Virus record (IMG/VR): IMGVR_UViG_3300042558_005646
Length of the DNA: 64,000 bases
Origin: a virus
Direction: 5' to 3' (one strand)
Under the pieces are notes generated by a model. It was given only the letters and a program-made list of their open reading frames with translations. It was not told where the DNA came from and searched no databases. The position numbers and the translations under genes are program-made. Positions 1-10,065 of the stretch are shown one piece after another. Numbering within the stretch: position 1 is the first letter of the stretch; each line of letters opens with the position of its first letter.

Positions 1-177
1 AATTTCGGATATTACTGGTTTCTTTTATTGACTCCTTTTGTAGTATATCCTTTTGCATGGTCAGGACATTATTTTTTCGAAAAGAATCAACCAGCAGCCT
101 TCAAGGATCCTTTAAAGGCAAAGATCAGTGATTGGATTATGTTATGGGATATTTTGAAAGGGAAAATAGAAATATAA
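1..177 (+). CDS. DUF962/Mpo1-like membrane protein, 5'-truncated by the window edge
   Basis: Not in the ORF track. Frame 1 reads ...YPFAWSGHYFFEKNQPAAFKDPLKAKISDWIMLWDILKGKIEI*, matching the DUF962 motif W.GH.FFEKN.PA.F. Confidence 0.75.
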   Translation, partial: NFGYYWFLLLTPFVVYPFAWSGHYFFEKNQPAAFKDPLKAKISDWIMLWDILKGKIEI

Positions 178-980
178 TGAATTTGTTATTATGGATAAAT
201 CAATCAAATGGCGACACTCTGACTGCTATACCTTTAATGGAAGCAATAATAAAACAATTTCCTAATGTAAATATCAAATTTGCATGTTTCAAAAGTCAAT
301 CTTATTTAGTAAGACATTTGCCTATACAAATTATTGAAGCCGACGGTAATTACAGAAACCTCGTAATGAGAACAAGACCGGATTATTTTTTGAGGAAAAT
401 TAAACCATTCATTAAACCAGAAGATACTCTAATTCATCTTTGGGGTGGTCTTTATAATTTAAAGCACATTTGGCAGGATCAAATCAAAACATTCAATCAA
501 CAATGCGCAAATAATAATATAAATTTATTTCTTGATAATTCAGAATTTGGGTATATTGAGTTACCTATAGTTGATGTAAATGTAAAAGCAAATGCAGTTT
601 ATGTAGAAAATAGTCAACCAGTTAGCGGACAAACTAATTTTCAGTATGATATGTATAAATTGGGCTTGATGTTTCCAAGAATTAATTTTTATACTGTTGG
701 ACCAATTAATTTTTCTGCAAATAATGTACATGATTGTAGCAAAAAATCTTTAATAGAACTTTCTAGTATTTCCAGAAAATGTAAACTTATTTTAGGAAAA
801 GGAAGTGGTCCTTTTTTCTGTACATTAAATGAAGAAAACAAACATAAAACGAAGGTCTTGGCGGGCTTAATGGGTGGATTTAGATATAAGTTTTGGAATC
901 TAAATGATGAAAATACATTACTACTTGATACTGAACAAGAAATATTTGAGCTATTAAGGCCAATAAATAGAGGTCAATGA
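177..980 (+). CDS. Glycosyltransferase family 9-like protein
   Basis: N-terminal NGDTLTAIPLMEAIIKQFP resembles the GT9 GD...P motif; C-terminal LILGKGSGPF. Start placed at the ATG overlapping the upstream TAA (TAATG). Confidence 0.6.
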   Translation: MNLLLWINQSNGDTLTAIPLMEAIIKQFPNVNIKFACFKSQSYLVRHLPIQIIEADGNYRNLVMRTRPDYFLRKIKPFIKPEDTLIHLWGGLYNLKHIWQDQIKTFNQQCANNNINLFLDNSEFGYIELPIVDVNVKANAVYVENSQPVSGQTNFQYDMYKLGLMFPRINFYTVGPINFSANNVHDCSKKSLIELSSISRKCKLILGKGSGPFFCTLNEENKHKTKVLAGLMGGFRYKFWNLNDENTLLLDTEQEIFELLRPINRGQ

Positions 981-1028
981 AGATCTCTATTTATTGGCCT
1001 TTAAATTCAGTTCTAATTGATTTTATTT

Positions 1029-2339
1029 TTATTTGTCAAAAAAACTATCCAAAACATCACTTATATAATAAATTTGTTCCGGTGTAATTACTGGAGATGT
1101 ACCTAAAAAGAAAGTATCAGTGGTTACCTTTTTAGCTACAGGAAAATCACCAAGATCCATATCACCAACCAAATGACTATAAGCTGGTTGCATAAGAATA
1201 TTTCCAGCAAAATATGGTCTAGTTTGAATTTTTTTAGATTCTAAATATTGACATAAATCACTTCTCTTAAATGGTGCGTTATCTTTTATAGTAATAGGAA
1301 ATGCAAACCAATTAACATCTGAATTTTTTTGTGCTACTGGAAGAACAAAGTATTCTTCATACTTGCTAAAAATATCAAAAAGCAACTTATGATTTCTTTG
1401 GCGAAGTTTCTTAATTTCATTAAGTTTATCAATTTGAGCCAACAACATACTAGCTTGAACTTCGATTGGTTTTAAATTATAACCAATTTCCTCATACACA
1501 TACTTGTGATCAAAAACTTCACCTGGGATACTTGGCAACCATTCAGAAAATCTTTTATTACAAGCTCCACATTCTGTAATATTTTGTTTACCAATACAGA
1601 AACAGCCACGCCCCCAATCACGAAAAGAACGAATTACTTTTTCAAGATTTTCATCATTACAAACAACTAATCCACCCTCACCACAAGTAATGTGATGAGC
1701 AGGATAAAAAGAGCAAGAAGCCATTGCGCCAAAGCTGCCTAAGGGATTACCATCAAATGACGATCCAAGAGCATCACAGCAATCTTCTAACAAAATCAAC
1801 CCATAATGGTCGATGATATCTAATAGCCTATACATGTCAGGAGGATTACCAAGTACATGAGCAAATGTAATTATCTTGATCTCTGGGTCAGCCTGCAATG
1901 TGGCTTCAACATCGTCTAAGTTCAAGTTCAATCCATCTAATGAAATATCTACAAAGACTGGCTTAAAACCACACTGAAATATGGGATTGATTGTAGTGGG
2001 AAATCCAGCAATAGGAGTTAGTACTTTGGTTCCTTCAGGCAAATTTAAGTATCTTTTTGACTTAATTGCTGACATCATAAGAAGATTTGAACTGCTACCA
2101 GAGTTTGTCAATAAAGCATGGTTTTTGCCAAATAAAGAAGCTAATTTCTTTTCAGCTTTATAGGCTTCAGCACCAAGAACTAACCAACCATCTAGAAGAG
2201 TTGATACTGATCTAACAATTTCAGTATGATCAAAGTAAGGCCCAGCATAATGTACATGATCTTTTCCTGGTCTCCAACTCTTATTTGGTTCATTCTTGAT
2301 ATACTCTTCTACTAATTTAAGCAATTCTTCTTTGGTCAT
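1029..2339 (-). CDS. rfbH: CDP-4-keto-6-deoxyglucose 3-dehydratase (RfbH/DdhC, DegT family)
   Basis: NSGSSSNLL, EDCCDALGS, SFYPAHHITCGEGG (His replaces the Schiff-base Lys) and a Cys cluster RDWGRGCFC...CGAC. Confidence 0.9.
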   Translation of the reverse strand: MTKEELLKLVEEYIKNEPNKSWRPGKDHVHYAGPYFDHTEIVRSVSTLLDGWLVLGAEAYKAEKKLASLFGKNHALLTNSGSSSNLLMMSAIKSKRYLNLPEGTKVLTPIAGFPTTINPIFQCGFKPVFVDISLDGLNLNLDDVEATLQADPEIKIITFAHVLGNPPDMYRLLDIIDHYGLILLEDCCDALGSSFDGNPLGSFGAMASCSFYPAHHITCGEGGLVVCNDENLEKVIRSFRDWGRGCFCIGKQNITECGACNKRFSEWLPSIPGEVFDHKYVYEEIGYNLKPIEVQASMLLAQIDKLNEIKKLRQRNHKLLFDIFSKYEEYFVLPVAQKNSDVNWFAFPITIKDNAPFKRSDLCQYLESKKIQTRPYFAGNILMQPAYSHLVGDMDLGDFPVAKKVTTDTFFLGTSPVITPEQIYYISDVLDSFFDK

Positions 2340-2364
2340 ATAATAATTTTACCATTATTTAAAT

Positions 2365-2396
2365 AAAAAAAGAGGAGTATTTCTACTCCTCTTTTT
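2365..2396 (-). terminator. Intrinsic terminator after the major capsid gene
   Basis: AAAAAGAGGAGTA-GAAA-TACTCCTCTTTTT followed by a T tract. Confidence 0.85.
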
Positions 2397-2412
2397 CATG
2401 ACTAGTTTAGAA

Positions 2413-3267
2413 TTAGCTAACGGTAATTCTTGAAACTGCATAGTCATTGATGAGAGCAAAACCGAGCTCTTCGTAAACAACCCATCCGAGTCTAAGTCTC
2501 TTTGGATCGTCTGCTGGGAGAACAGTAATGTCTTGGCGAACTGGCATTGCACCAACGAATTGGGCAGGTGCGAGAACGTAGACAGAGTTCTTAGGAACCA
2601 TTGTGGAGACATGGATGTCTGCAGAATAAATATGTCCGTAAAGACCAGTCATAAGGATATCTCTTTGAGTTGCCTCATCGAAGAATTCCTTACCCCAGTT
2701 ACGGATATCCTTGTATCTTTGTGGGTGAAGAACAACCTTAGCACCGATCAACTCGTGCTCTTCAATGAGGGTCAACGCAAGGTTGATATTCTCTGGTTGA
2801 AGGGTACCGGAAACGGAAATTGCTTGGTCAGTTGGAACACCAGCATTGATAACCTTGAAGACTTCAGTATCTTCTTGTCTTTGGAGGGAGTCCTTAGCAC
2901 GGACTTGAGCTCTATCAACAATGTAGAATCTTCTTTGGCGGATTTCGTTCAATCTGATTTGTGGGTGTGCAGCTAATTCAACTGTAGGAACGAGAAGCTC
3001 TTCAGCCTCAACCTCAGCTGTTGGAACAGCACCACGCTTAGGAATGACGTATGACTTTACAGCAACGTCTCTTTCGTAGCGAGCAAGAGCACCTTGTGGG
3101 AGCTCATCAACCATCAAAAGCTTGCGCCCGATGGCTTGGTACATGAGGGAAGTCTTGATTGGCTCAACCATTGCTTGTGCAAGAGCTGTGCGTCCCTCTG
3201 GAGTCTCGAGAGCCATTGCAATAATGGATTCTCTTTGCTCATTTGTGTTTCTCTTAATCATTGACAT
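2413..3267 (-). CDS. Major capsid protein (HK97 fold)
   Basis: 284 aa; last gene of the portal-protease-scaffold-decoration series; strong RBS (AAAGGAG) and a downstream terminator. Confidence 0.8.
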   Translation of the reverse strand: MSMIKRNTNEQRESIIAMALETPEGRTALAQAMVEPIKTSLMYQAIGRKLLMVDELPQGALARYERDVAVKSYVIPKRGAVPTAEVEAEELLVPTVELAAHPQIRLNEIRQRRFYIVDRAQVRAKDSLQRQEDTEVFKVINAGVPTDQAISVSGTLQPENINLALTLIEEHELIGAKVVLHPQRYKDIRNWGKEFFDEATQRDILMTGLYGHIYSADIHVSTMVPKNSVYVLAPAQFVGAMPVRQDITVLPADDPKRLRLGWVVYEELGFALINDYAVSRITVS

Positions 3268-3300
3268 TTGAATAATTCTCCTTTAAAAATTCTTTACCGA

Positions 3301-3951
3301 TTAGATGCCGTTAAGTTGGGTGAAGTAAAGAAGGCCAGCAGCAGAGTCATAAGAATCAACTCTACCAACAATAACGCCGTCTGTACCAGCTGTACTCAAC
3401 TTTACAAGCTTACCAGCATTGGCAGAAGCACCTGCAACAGTAAGAAGATCACCAGCAGTAGGGGTCCATGCAGCACCGTCAGTTGTGACGTTAGTTGATG
3501 CAGTAGCTGCAAATCTATCAGTAATAAATTGTGCACCTGGGGTGTTGAAAACTCCAACACCTCTTCTTGGGCCTTCATATCCTGAAGAACCAGCTGTAGG
3601 GTTAGTAACACCATTGACGTTTTCAGCTAAGAAGTCGCCAATAGCTCTCTTTGAAACAACGTAGAAACCGTTGTTATTTGCTTGAAGAACACCACTTGAA
3701 TCGGTGTATGAAGCACCAACTGGATCAGCAAGGATCATAGTGTTGCCAGTTCTTGCAGTATCATCTGCAGAGAATCCAACGAATCTACCAAGTTGTTGTG
3801 AAAGTGTGGTAAAACCAGTAGCCGCTCTAAAAGCAGCAGAAACTGTTCCATCAGCGGTGCTGATCATAAGAGCATCACCAGCAAGGAATGAAGCAGAAGC
3901 AGCTGTGTTGTAGTTAGCAACTACGAGTGTGTTTAATGCACGAATAGCCAT
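3301..3951 (-). CDS. Putative capsid decoration/cement protein
   Basis: 216 aa, Gly/Ala/Thr-rich, immediately upstream of the capsid gene; GDLL...GKL pattern typical of decoration proteins. Confidence 0.55.
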   Translation of the reverse strand: MAIRALNTLVVANYNTAASASFLAGDALMISTADGTVSAAFRAATGFTTLSQQLGRFVGFSADDTARTGNTMILADPVGASYTDSSGVLQANNNGFYVVSKRAIGDFLAENVNGVTNPTAGSSGYEGPRRGVGVFNTPGAQFITDRFAATASTNVTTDGAAWTPTAGDLLTVAGASANAGKLVKLSTAGTDGVIVGRVDSYDSAAGLLYFTQLNGI

Positions 3952-3983
3952 TTTATATTTCTCCTAATTATTTGTTGAGGAAA

Positions 3984-5648
3984 TTATCCCTCGATTTTTG
4001 GCATTGTAAAAGCGCCTTTGAGAGCACTTTGGATGTCAAGAGCTGCACTATTGGTGTTTACACCACTAAATGCAGGAGATGTAGATACGCCTAATGTAGA
4101 AGCGGTTCTAGTACTCATTCTTTCGGCAGCAGCAGCTGCAACTCTTTCAGTTGAAGATTGTGCTGACTTAAGTAAGAGTTTGGTTTGTCTGATCATTGAA
4201 TCAGCTTTAAGACCATCATTAATCATTTGTTCTGCATATGAATCAACTTCTTCGGAAGTAATAATTCCTGCTAATGCTAATTTTGTAGCACAGCTATAAG
4301 AAGTTTTGACTCTTGCAAGATCAACTGCAGCAGACTTGTCCATCTCAACTTGAGTGTAAGCGTCTTGCAATTGTTGTTGAGTATTATTGATTTTCTTTTG
4401 AGTATTGACATGATTTTCAGTGTCAACATTTTGTGCTTCAACTTCTTTGTCCTTGGAGCCAGCGTTTGATGAGCAATCTTTATTTGCACAACGAGTTGCT
4501 TCATCATTCATTTCTGCTTCAGACAGTCTCATCGATGCACCACAAGAAGTGCATTCACAATCATGCTTTGCTTCTTCATCTCTGGATGCACCAACAGTTC
4601 TAGTGGTCTTATGTGGCATTGAAGGCATTTGAGTTGGGATGTGAGGATGATCAACATCCAAACCTTCAGATGGTGTTTCCAAATGATCCCAATCAACTGT
4701 ATACTCTAATGAACCATCTCCAGAACCTTCAAGTTTTGAAGGCTTTGTAACTGTTGGAAATTGTAAAGAAGTTGGGTTGTTGGTAGGAACATGTTGATCT
4801 GCCCAAGTTGGGTTCTCTTCTTTTTGTGAATTCTCACCAGGCATTGTCATGCTTGGATATTCAATTTCACCCTTCATATCAACCATATCTTCGTTATACT
4901 TAAATGAGGCTGACGCTGGATAAGTCTCTTCTTCAGAAGCAATCTTCATGAGAATTTCTTCTCTTTCAGCTCTTCTCAATAGAGCTTCTCTCTGTGCCTT
5001 GCGCTCAGCCAATGCTTGTTTAGTCATTGATCTAACCTCGTTGCTTTTTTTCATAAATTGGTTTTCATTGTCTTCTTCATCATCTGATTCATCTTCAGAA
5101 TCCATATCATCATCATCGTTAAAATGAGTGACATCTTCATCATCATCTTCATCAGAATCAACATCTCCGCCAAGAAGATTATCTAGCGCCTCTTGCACAG
5201 CTTTTTGTGCTTGGTCAACCATATCAGCGGGAACTTCAATCTCAAAAGTGGCGACATCATCACTATCTTCTACTTCGTCTTCGTCGTCCATATCTTCATC
5301 AGACATGTCATCATCATCTACATCTTCTGAATCTTCATCACTCTCAAAGTGATGAAATTCCATATCATCTTCATCATCTTCAGATTCATCGTTTGCGAAG
5401 TCAACAGTCTCTTTGCCCTCATCAAGGTCCAAACTTGAAACAACAATACCAGCTTGCTTTGCAATATTTGGAAGATATTTTGCTCTGATAGCATGGGCTA
5501 CAACAATTGCCTCATCTTTTTCAAGTGAAGCTGTTTTTTCCATATCAGAAGCGCAATTTTTTAAATCTTCCTTATCAGTTGCATTGATTTCAGCTAATCT
5601 CATTGCTGCAAATCTCTCCTGATTGGCTCTATTCGAATTTTTATTCAT
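3984..5648 (-). CDS. Putative capsid scaffolding protein
   Basis: 554 aa, long D/E tracts, helical segments and a Cys cluster; lies between protease and decoration/capsid genes. Confidence 0.55.
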   Translation of the reverse strand: MNKNSNRANQERFAAMRLAEINATDKEDLKNCASDMEKTASLEKDEAIVVAHAIRAKYLPNIAKQAGIVVSSLDLDEGKETVDFANDESEDDEDDMEFHHFESDEDSEDVDDDDMSDEDMDDEDEVEDSDDVATFEIEVPADMVDQAQKAVQEALDNLLGGDVDSDEDDDEDVTHFNDDDDMDSEDESDDEEDNENQFMKKSNEVRSMTKQALAERKAQREALLRRAEREEILMKIASEEETYPASASFKYNEDMVDMKGEIEYPSMTMPGENSQKEENPTWADQHVPTNNPTSLQFPTVTKPSKLEGSGDGSLEYTVDWDHLETPSEGLDVDHPHIPTQMPSMPHKTTRTVGASRDEEAKHDCECTSCGASMRLSEAEMNDEATRCANKDCSSNAGSKDKEVEAQNVDTENHVNTQKKINNTQQQLQDAYTQVEMDKSAAVDLARVKTSYSCATKLALAGIITSEEVDSYAEQMINDGLKADSMIRQTKLLLKSAQSSTERVAAAAAERMSTRTASTLGVSTSPAFSGVNTNSAALDIQSALKGAFTMPKIEG

Positions 5649-5728
5649 TTTTATGCTGCTTCCCTTAATAAAATAAAATCTTTTATCAAAGAATCTATAA
5701 ATTAGTTATTTATAAACTTTTTTTAAAC

Positions 5729-5755
5729 TTCTAGATAACTTGTTTTTACACCTTT
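5729..5755 (-). promoter_or_regulatory. Putative late promoter AAAGG-N17-TAGAA
   Basis: Same bipartite motif recurs upstream of several structural genes. Confidence 0.55.
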
Positions 5756-5758
5756 TTT

Positions 5759-5799
5759 AAAGAAAATAGTGAGAGAGCAAATCTCTCACTATTTTCTTT
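5759..5799 (-). terminator. Hairpin terminator after the protease gene
   Basis: AAGAAAATAGTGAGAGA / TCTCTCACTATTTTCTT inverted repeat with a 5-nt loop. Confidence 0.8.
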
Positions 5800-5803
5800 A
5801 TGA

Positions 5804-8800
5804 TTAATCAATCCATGTGATAGAAACATCAAGCTTTGATGGATCTTTTCTGGATGCATGTACACTAGTTCTAGAGTAATTTCCACACTTATAACAGAAT
5901 GTATTATTCTTTACCTTATGAGCTTCTCTATTTCCACATGATGGGCAAACCATACCAATAGGAAGCATAGAAACTGCAGTCTTATCAAAGTTTGGTAGTG
6001 CAGTTTTGAGGTATATATCAGAATCAACTGTGGCAGATAATCTGACCATAGTTTTGATTTCAGATGCTACAGGACCCATGCCTGGAGCTGCTGGAGAAGG
6101 TGTAGGAGTTTCAGTTGGAGCAGTAGCAGCTCCAAGACCCATATCTGGGCCTAATCCCATAGGTTCTTCTTCCATTGATGACTTACCCTTATCTCCCATT
6201 GAAATTAATTCAATTTGTTGAAGAATTTTGTAAGTTGTTCCACAGCTTTGACAGTCTGCATTTGATTCAGAAATGTTTACATCGTCTGCTCCACAAACAG
6301 GACAAACGCTTCCCCATGGTTTCTTTTCACCTGGCTCAGCAATAGCATCCATATCTTCAGATGCGTTCATATCTGTTCCACCAGTCAATGAAGAAATTCC
6401 TAAATCACCACCACCAGGAGCGCCAGCACCCATACCTGGATCAACAGGACCTGCAGCAGGACCGGCTGGAGCAGGAGCACCCATACCTGGGGCAACTTGT
6501 GCATATTTTGATAGAATAGAGTCTCTACGATTCTTTCTAGCAAGTCTAGCACCTTCGGTCATAATTACAGGCATTTCTTCTGTAATTTCGGCATTCATTT
6601 CGCCATCTGCTTCATCTGTCTTGAAAGTCTTTGAAGATGATGTTGATACTGTTGCAGTTACATCACCATTTTCTGATACAATTAAGTCAGTGAAAGAGAA
6701 AGTACCTGGATCTACTTGGAAGCCATGTCCTTGAAGAACTTCAATTGCTTTTTGCTTGAATGAATCATCAAAGTTGCTGTCACTAGGTTGCATACCATCT
6801 AAGTCTTCAGATCTACAGATAAATCTGATGCAATCTGACTTGCTTTGGGTAACAGTCATACCAGCTGTTCTTTCAGAAGCAATTACAGCTTTTGCAACTA
6901 ATTTTTCTGCAACTTCAAATTCTTCACAAAGTCTCTTTGCAGCCTTAGCAATTCTTCTTGTGCTGATGCCAAAGTTTGTTGAGTAGTCTGCCAACCATCC
7001 AACAACATTATCAGAAATATTCTTTGTTGAAGCAGTCTTTACGCCCCAGAATTCTCTTCTTGCTCTAGCTCTTAATCTGCCATCAGTTGCAGTTGCAGTT
7101 TTAGCTCTATCAATAGCAGCCATCAATTGTTTTTCTGGCATTGCTTCAACAGAATCAACTACTTCATCAGGAGTTGTTCCAGTTTCTTTTGATGACATTG
7201 CCATTGCAGAAATTGCAGACTTAAGATCATCTTTTGAAATAAGATCAGCATCAGCATCTACAGCTGACATTAAAGCAGACTTAAGTTCTTCATTTTTAGA
7301 AGGAGCAGTCTCTACGTCTAGTCCTTCTTCAGGAACAGAAGCTTGTCCCATAAGAAGTTCAGCAATTCTTGAAACACCTTCTTTGGTCATCTCGCCTTCT
7401 TCAACGGCAACTGAAAGTGCATCAGCAAGATCTTGAGCTGTTACTTCTGAAGTAACAGCTGCACCTAATTGCTTGAGAATTGCAGATACAGAATTTTCTG
7501 GTTCAGCATTGCCACCAAAGAAATCAACCTTTTCTGCTTTATCTGCTTCCATATCAGTTCCAGCAGCAGCAGTTCCAATCATTTCAGGAAGCATTGGTTC
7601 TTCAGCTAATGTTTGCGCAACTCTAACAATTGTCTTAGGAGTTTCAAGCGATGAAATTACAGCCTTGCCCAAGGCATTGATTGTAGCAGCCATAATTTCG
7701 TGAGCACTTGCAGAGCCCTCTGTACGGCAGCAAGCTAATTGTTTTTCTAAAACTTCAGTTGGAACACCATGAGTTACTTCATCTACCAATTCAGTTAAGG
7801 ACTTGCAAACTTCTTCATCCTTGACTCTTCTGCCATAAAGTCCAGCATCTCCAAGAAGAATTTCCTTGACTGCATCTTGGCTTGCACCTGTTTGTTTTGA
7901 TTTAAGAGTAAGTTCACGAACTTGATTGATAACACCAGTATTCTTGCTCTTAACGCCATCAACCAAGTTATCATATGACTCACCACTTCTAACTTCATCA
8001 AGTTGTCTTTCTCTTTCATCAAGTCTTTCTTTGACATCAAGTAAAGCAGTCTTGACAAATTGTGAGTAGTCCTTGAGTAAATCAGCAGCAACTCTTGTTC
8101 CTTGTCCATTTTCCATTAAACCAATTTGGTTTTCATTAAGGATAGGTTCCCAAGCAGTTCTTTTTCCATTTGTGTAACCTGTAATCGAACCATCAGTAGA
8201 AAGAACAACTCTATTACCTGCATTATCCTCGACTTTAAAATCGATTGTAACTGCAGCAGCAAGTTTTTTTCTTTGCTCTGATGCAATCTTTGCAAAGTGA
8301 TCCATTTGATTTCTGCTCCCCGCCACGAAAGGCGTATTTGTTTTTATATTTTTGCTTCTTTCATTAGCAACCCTAATGACATTATCAATACTTTTTTGAA
8401 TTTCTGAATTGTCACTTAAATTATTTTTCAAATTTAATATGCTTTGAGATAAATTCAAAATTTTATTGGAAGATGAACTGCTTTGAGTACTAGCAAAAAC
8501 TTCTCTTTTACCATCTCTTGAAGCCCATACCAAATTGTGCGAGCTAGAGGCTAATGCAACTCCGCCTCCAACCTGACTATCTTGATCTTCAGAATAAGTA
8601 AGATCCATTACTTTTCCAACAGATTCAGTTGGTGCATAATTTGCCAAACCAACATTGGCATTCATCGGAGAAGCTTGTGGGGCTTGTCCTTGTTGTAAAT
8701 TTTGAGGTTGATTTATTTGTTGAGGTCTTTGACCACTACCAACATCAACACCGTCGTCAATCATGTCTTGCATTGTTGATTGAAGTTCAGCCATTGATTT

Positions 8801-9940
8801 TGTAACTTTGCCAACATGTCCAAGATCTACATTGTCTTTTCGGGCAAACATATTCATAACTGCTACTTCAAGGAAGTTTAGTGATAAATTGATCAAGTCC
8901 AAGATATTAAGGCCAGATCTTGGATCAATACCTAATGCGCCAAGAACAGCTGCAACAGTAGAATTCTGATTTGCACCCTGCCCTGCTAGTAAAGGCCCAC
9001 CAACTAATGTCCCAGCTTGTTGAGCTAGTCTTACTGCTGTTTTGGCAGTTGCATTTGCAACTCTTAGACAATTTTCATATTCAGGTCTTGAGATATTGTC
9101 ATGTGGAGCACCTTGAAGAGCCAATACAATATTTGAAGAAATTTCATTTGCTTTTTTCTCTAAATTTGTCGCTGCATCAAGAACGTCATCTACATCATAT
9201 ATTTCTTGAATTTCACAAGATTCAAAAGCACCATCACCAACACAAGAAAGCTCAATGAACTTTACTCCGTAGTTTTTCTCATATGCTTTTTTGCCTGATT
9301 CAGGGTAAATTTTCCCTTTATATTTTTTGAGGTGTTCACAATAATCTCTTTCGGTATAGGCTTTATTTCCACAAACCGAACAAACGCCCCATTCAACACT
9401 TGCTCCCATAGAAACGTCATGGATTACACCAGTGCGGATATTTCTAGCAATATCTGGATAAGCTTCTTCATCTACAAAGAAAGTACAATACACACAGTCT
9501 TCTTTTTCGTCCCACTCTGCATATACAACCATTCCTTTTGCTTGCTCGATATCATCATTCTTGTGGTTTGTATAGATAGGAACGCCTTCAAAAGTTTTGT
9601 AGGCTGGAATTTTCTTGCCTTTAATTTCAGTTTCTTTGAGTAATTCTTCTTTGGAAAATAAGTCACCATTTGCATTTACTACGTCAGCATCTATGGCTCT
9701 AGCTCTTACCCATAGCAATTTAGCACCTTTACGTGCTTGCATTTCTCTGACAATATCGAAATCTTTGTATTTTTCTAGGACTTCTTTTGGATCTGCATAG
9801 AGAGATTGAAGACCGATTTTTGCTGCCTCTCTCATATTTGAAGAAGCAGTCTTGATAATATAATCTCTAGCTATATTTCGGTCATTTTCGTTGAGGAAAC
9901 TATTTATTGTTATAGCTCCACCTTTTGCAACCTTGTACAT
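5804..9940 (-). CDS. Capsid maturation protease with a long C-terminal extension
   Basis: N-terminal domain with YTNH, HDVSMGA and IELSCVGDGAF (HK97/assemblin-like His and Ser motifs); two C-terminal Zn ribbons; 1378 aa. Confidence 0.75.
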   Translation of the reverse strand: MYKVAKGGAITINSFLNENDRNIARDYIIKTASSNMREAAKIGLQSLYADPKEVLEKYKDFDIVREMQARKGAKLLWVRARAIDADVVNANGDLFSKEELLKETEIKGKKIPAYKTFEGVPIYTNHKNDDIEQAKGMVVYAEWDEKEDCVYCTFFVDEEAYPDIARNIRTGVIHDVSMGASVEWGVCSVCGNKAYTERDYCEHLKKYKGKIYPESGKKAYEKNYGVKFIELSCVGDGAFESCEIQEIYDVDDVLDAATNLEKKANEISSNIVLALQGAPHDNISRPEYENCLRVANATAKTAVRLAQQAGTLVGGPLLAGQGANQNSTVAAVLGALGIDPRSGLNILDLINLSLNFLEVAVMNMFARKDNVDLGHVGKVTKSMAELQSTMQDMIDDGVDVGSGQRPQQINQPQNLQQGQAPQASPMNANVGLANYAPTESVGKVMDLTYSEDQDSQVGGGVALASSSHNLVWASRDGKREVFASTQSSSSSNKILNLSQSILNLKNNLSDNSEIQKSIDNVIRVANERSKNIKTNTPFVAGSRNQMDHFAKIASEQRKKLAAAVTIDFKVEDNAGNRVVLSTDGSITGYTNGKRTAWEPILNENQIGLMENGQGTRVAADLLKDYSQFVKTALLDVKERLDERERQLDEVRSGESYDNLVDGVKSKNTGVINQVRELTLKSKQTGASQDAVKEILLGDAGLYGRRVKDEEVCKSLTELVDEVTHGVPTEVLEKQLACCRTEGSASAHEIMAATINALGKAVISSLETPKTIVRVAQTLAEEPMLPEMIGTAAAGTDMEADKAEKVDFFGGNAEPENSVSAILKQLGAAVTSEVTAQDLADALSVAVEEGEMTKEGVSRIAELLMGQASVPEEGLDVETAPSKNEELKSALMSAVDADADLISKDDLKSAISAMAMSSKETGTTPDEVVDSVEAMPEKQLMAAIDRAKTATATDGRLRARARREFWGVKTASTKNISDNVVGWLADYSTNFGISTRRIAKAAKRLCEEFEVAEKLVAKAVIASERTAGMTVTQSKSDCIRFICRSEDLDGMQPSDSNFDDSFKQKAIEVLQGHGFQVDPGTFSFTDLIVSENGDVTATVSTSSSKTFKTDEADGEMNAEITEEMPVIMTEGARLARKNRRDSILSKYAQVAPGMGAPAPAGPAAGPVDPGMGAGAPGGGDLGISSLTGGTDMNASEDMDAIAEPGEKKPWGSVCPVCGADDVNISESNADCQSCGTTYKILQQIELISMGDKGKSSMEEEPMGLGPDMGLGAATAPTETPTPSPAAPGMGPVASEIKTMVRLSATVDSDIYLKTALPNFDKTAVSMLPIGMVCPSCGNREAHKVKNNTFCYKCGNYSRTSVHASRKDPSKLDVSITWID

Positions 9941-9980
9941 ATATTCAATCCTTAAAAAATAAAGTTATCAATAGGATTTG

Positions 9981-10007
9981 TTCTATTTTTGACCTATTAA
10001 GACCTGT
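9981..10007 (-). promoter_or_regulatory. Putative late promoter ACAGG-N17-TAGAA
   Basis: Matches the recurrent motif with identical spacing. Confidence 0.5.
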
Positions 10008-10013
10008 AAAATT

Positions 10014-10039
10014 TAAACCCGTCGAAATCGACGGGTTTA
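10014..10039 (-). terminator. Hairpin terminator after the portal gene
   Basis: TAAACCCGTCGA-nn-TCGACGGGTTTA. Confidence 0.8.
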
Positions 10040-10065
10040 TTGTACAGTGACAAACTATTCTATAA

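Noticed and set aside
5080-5400. GAT/GAA-rich repeats in scaffold, ssb and recA tails as mobile or regulatory repeats
   Set aside because: Explained by acidic low-complexity coding sequence
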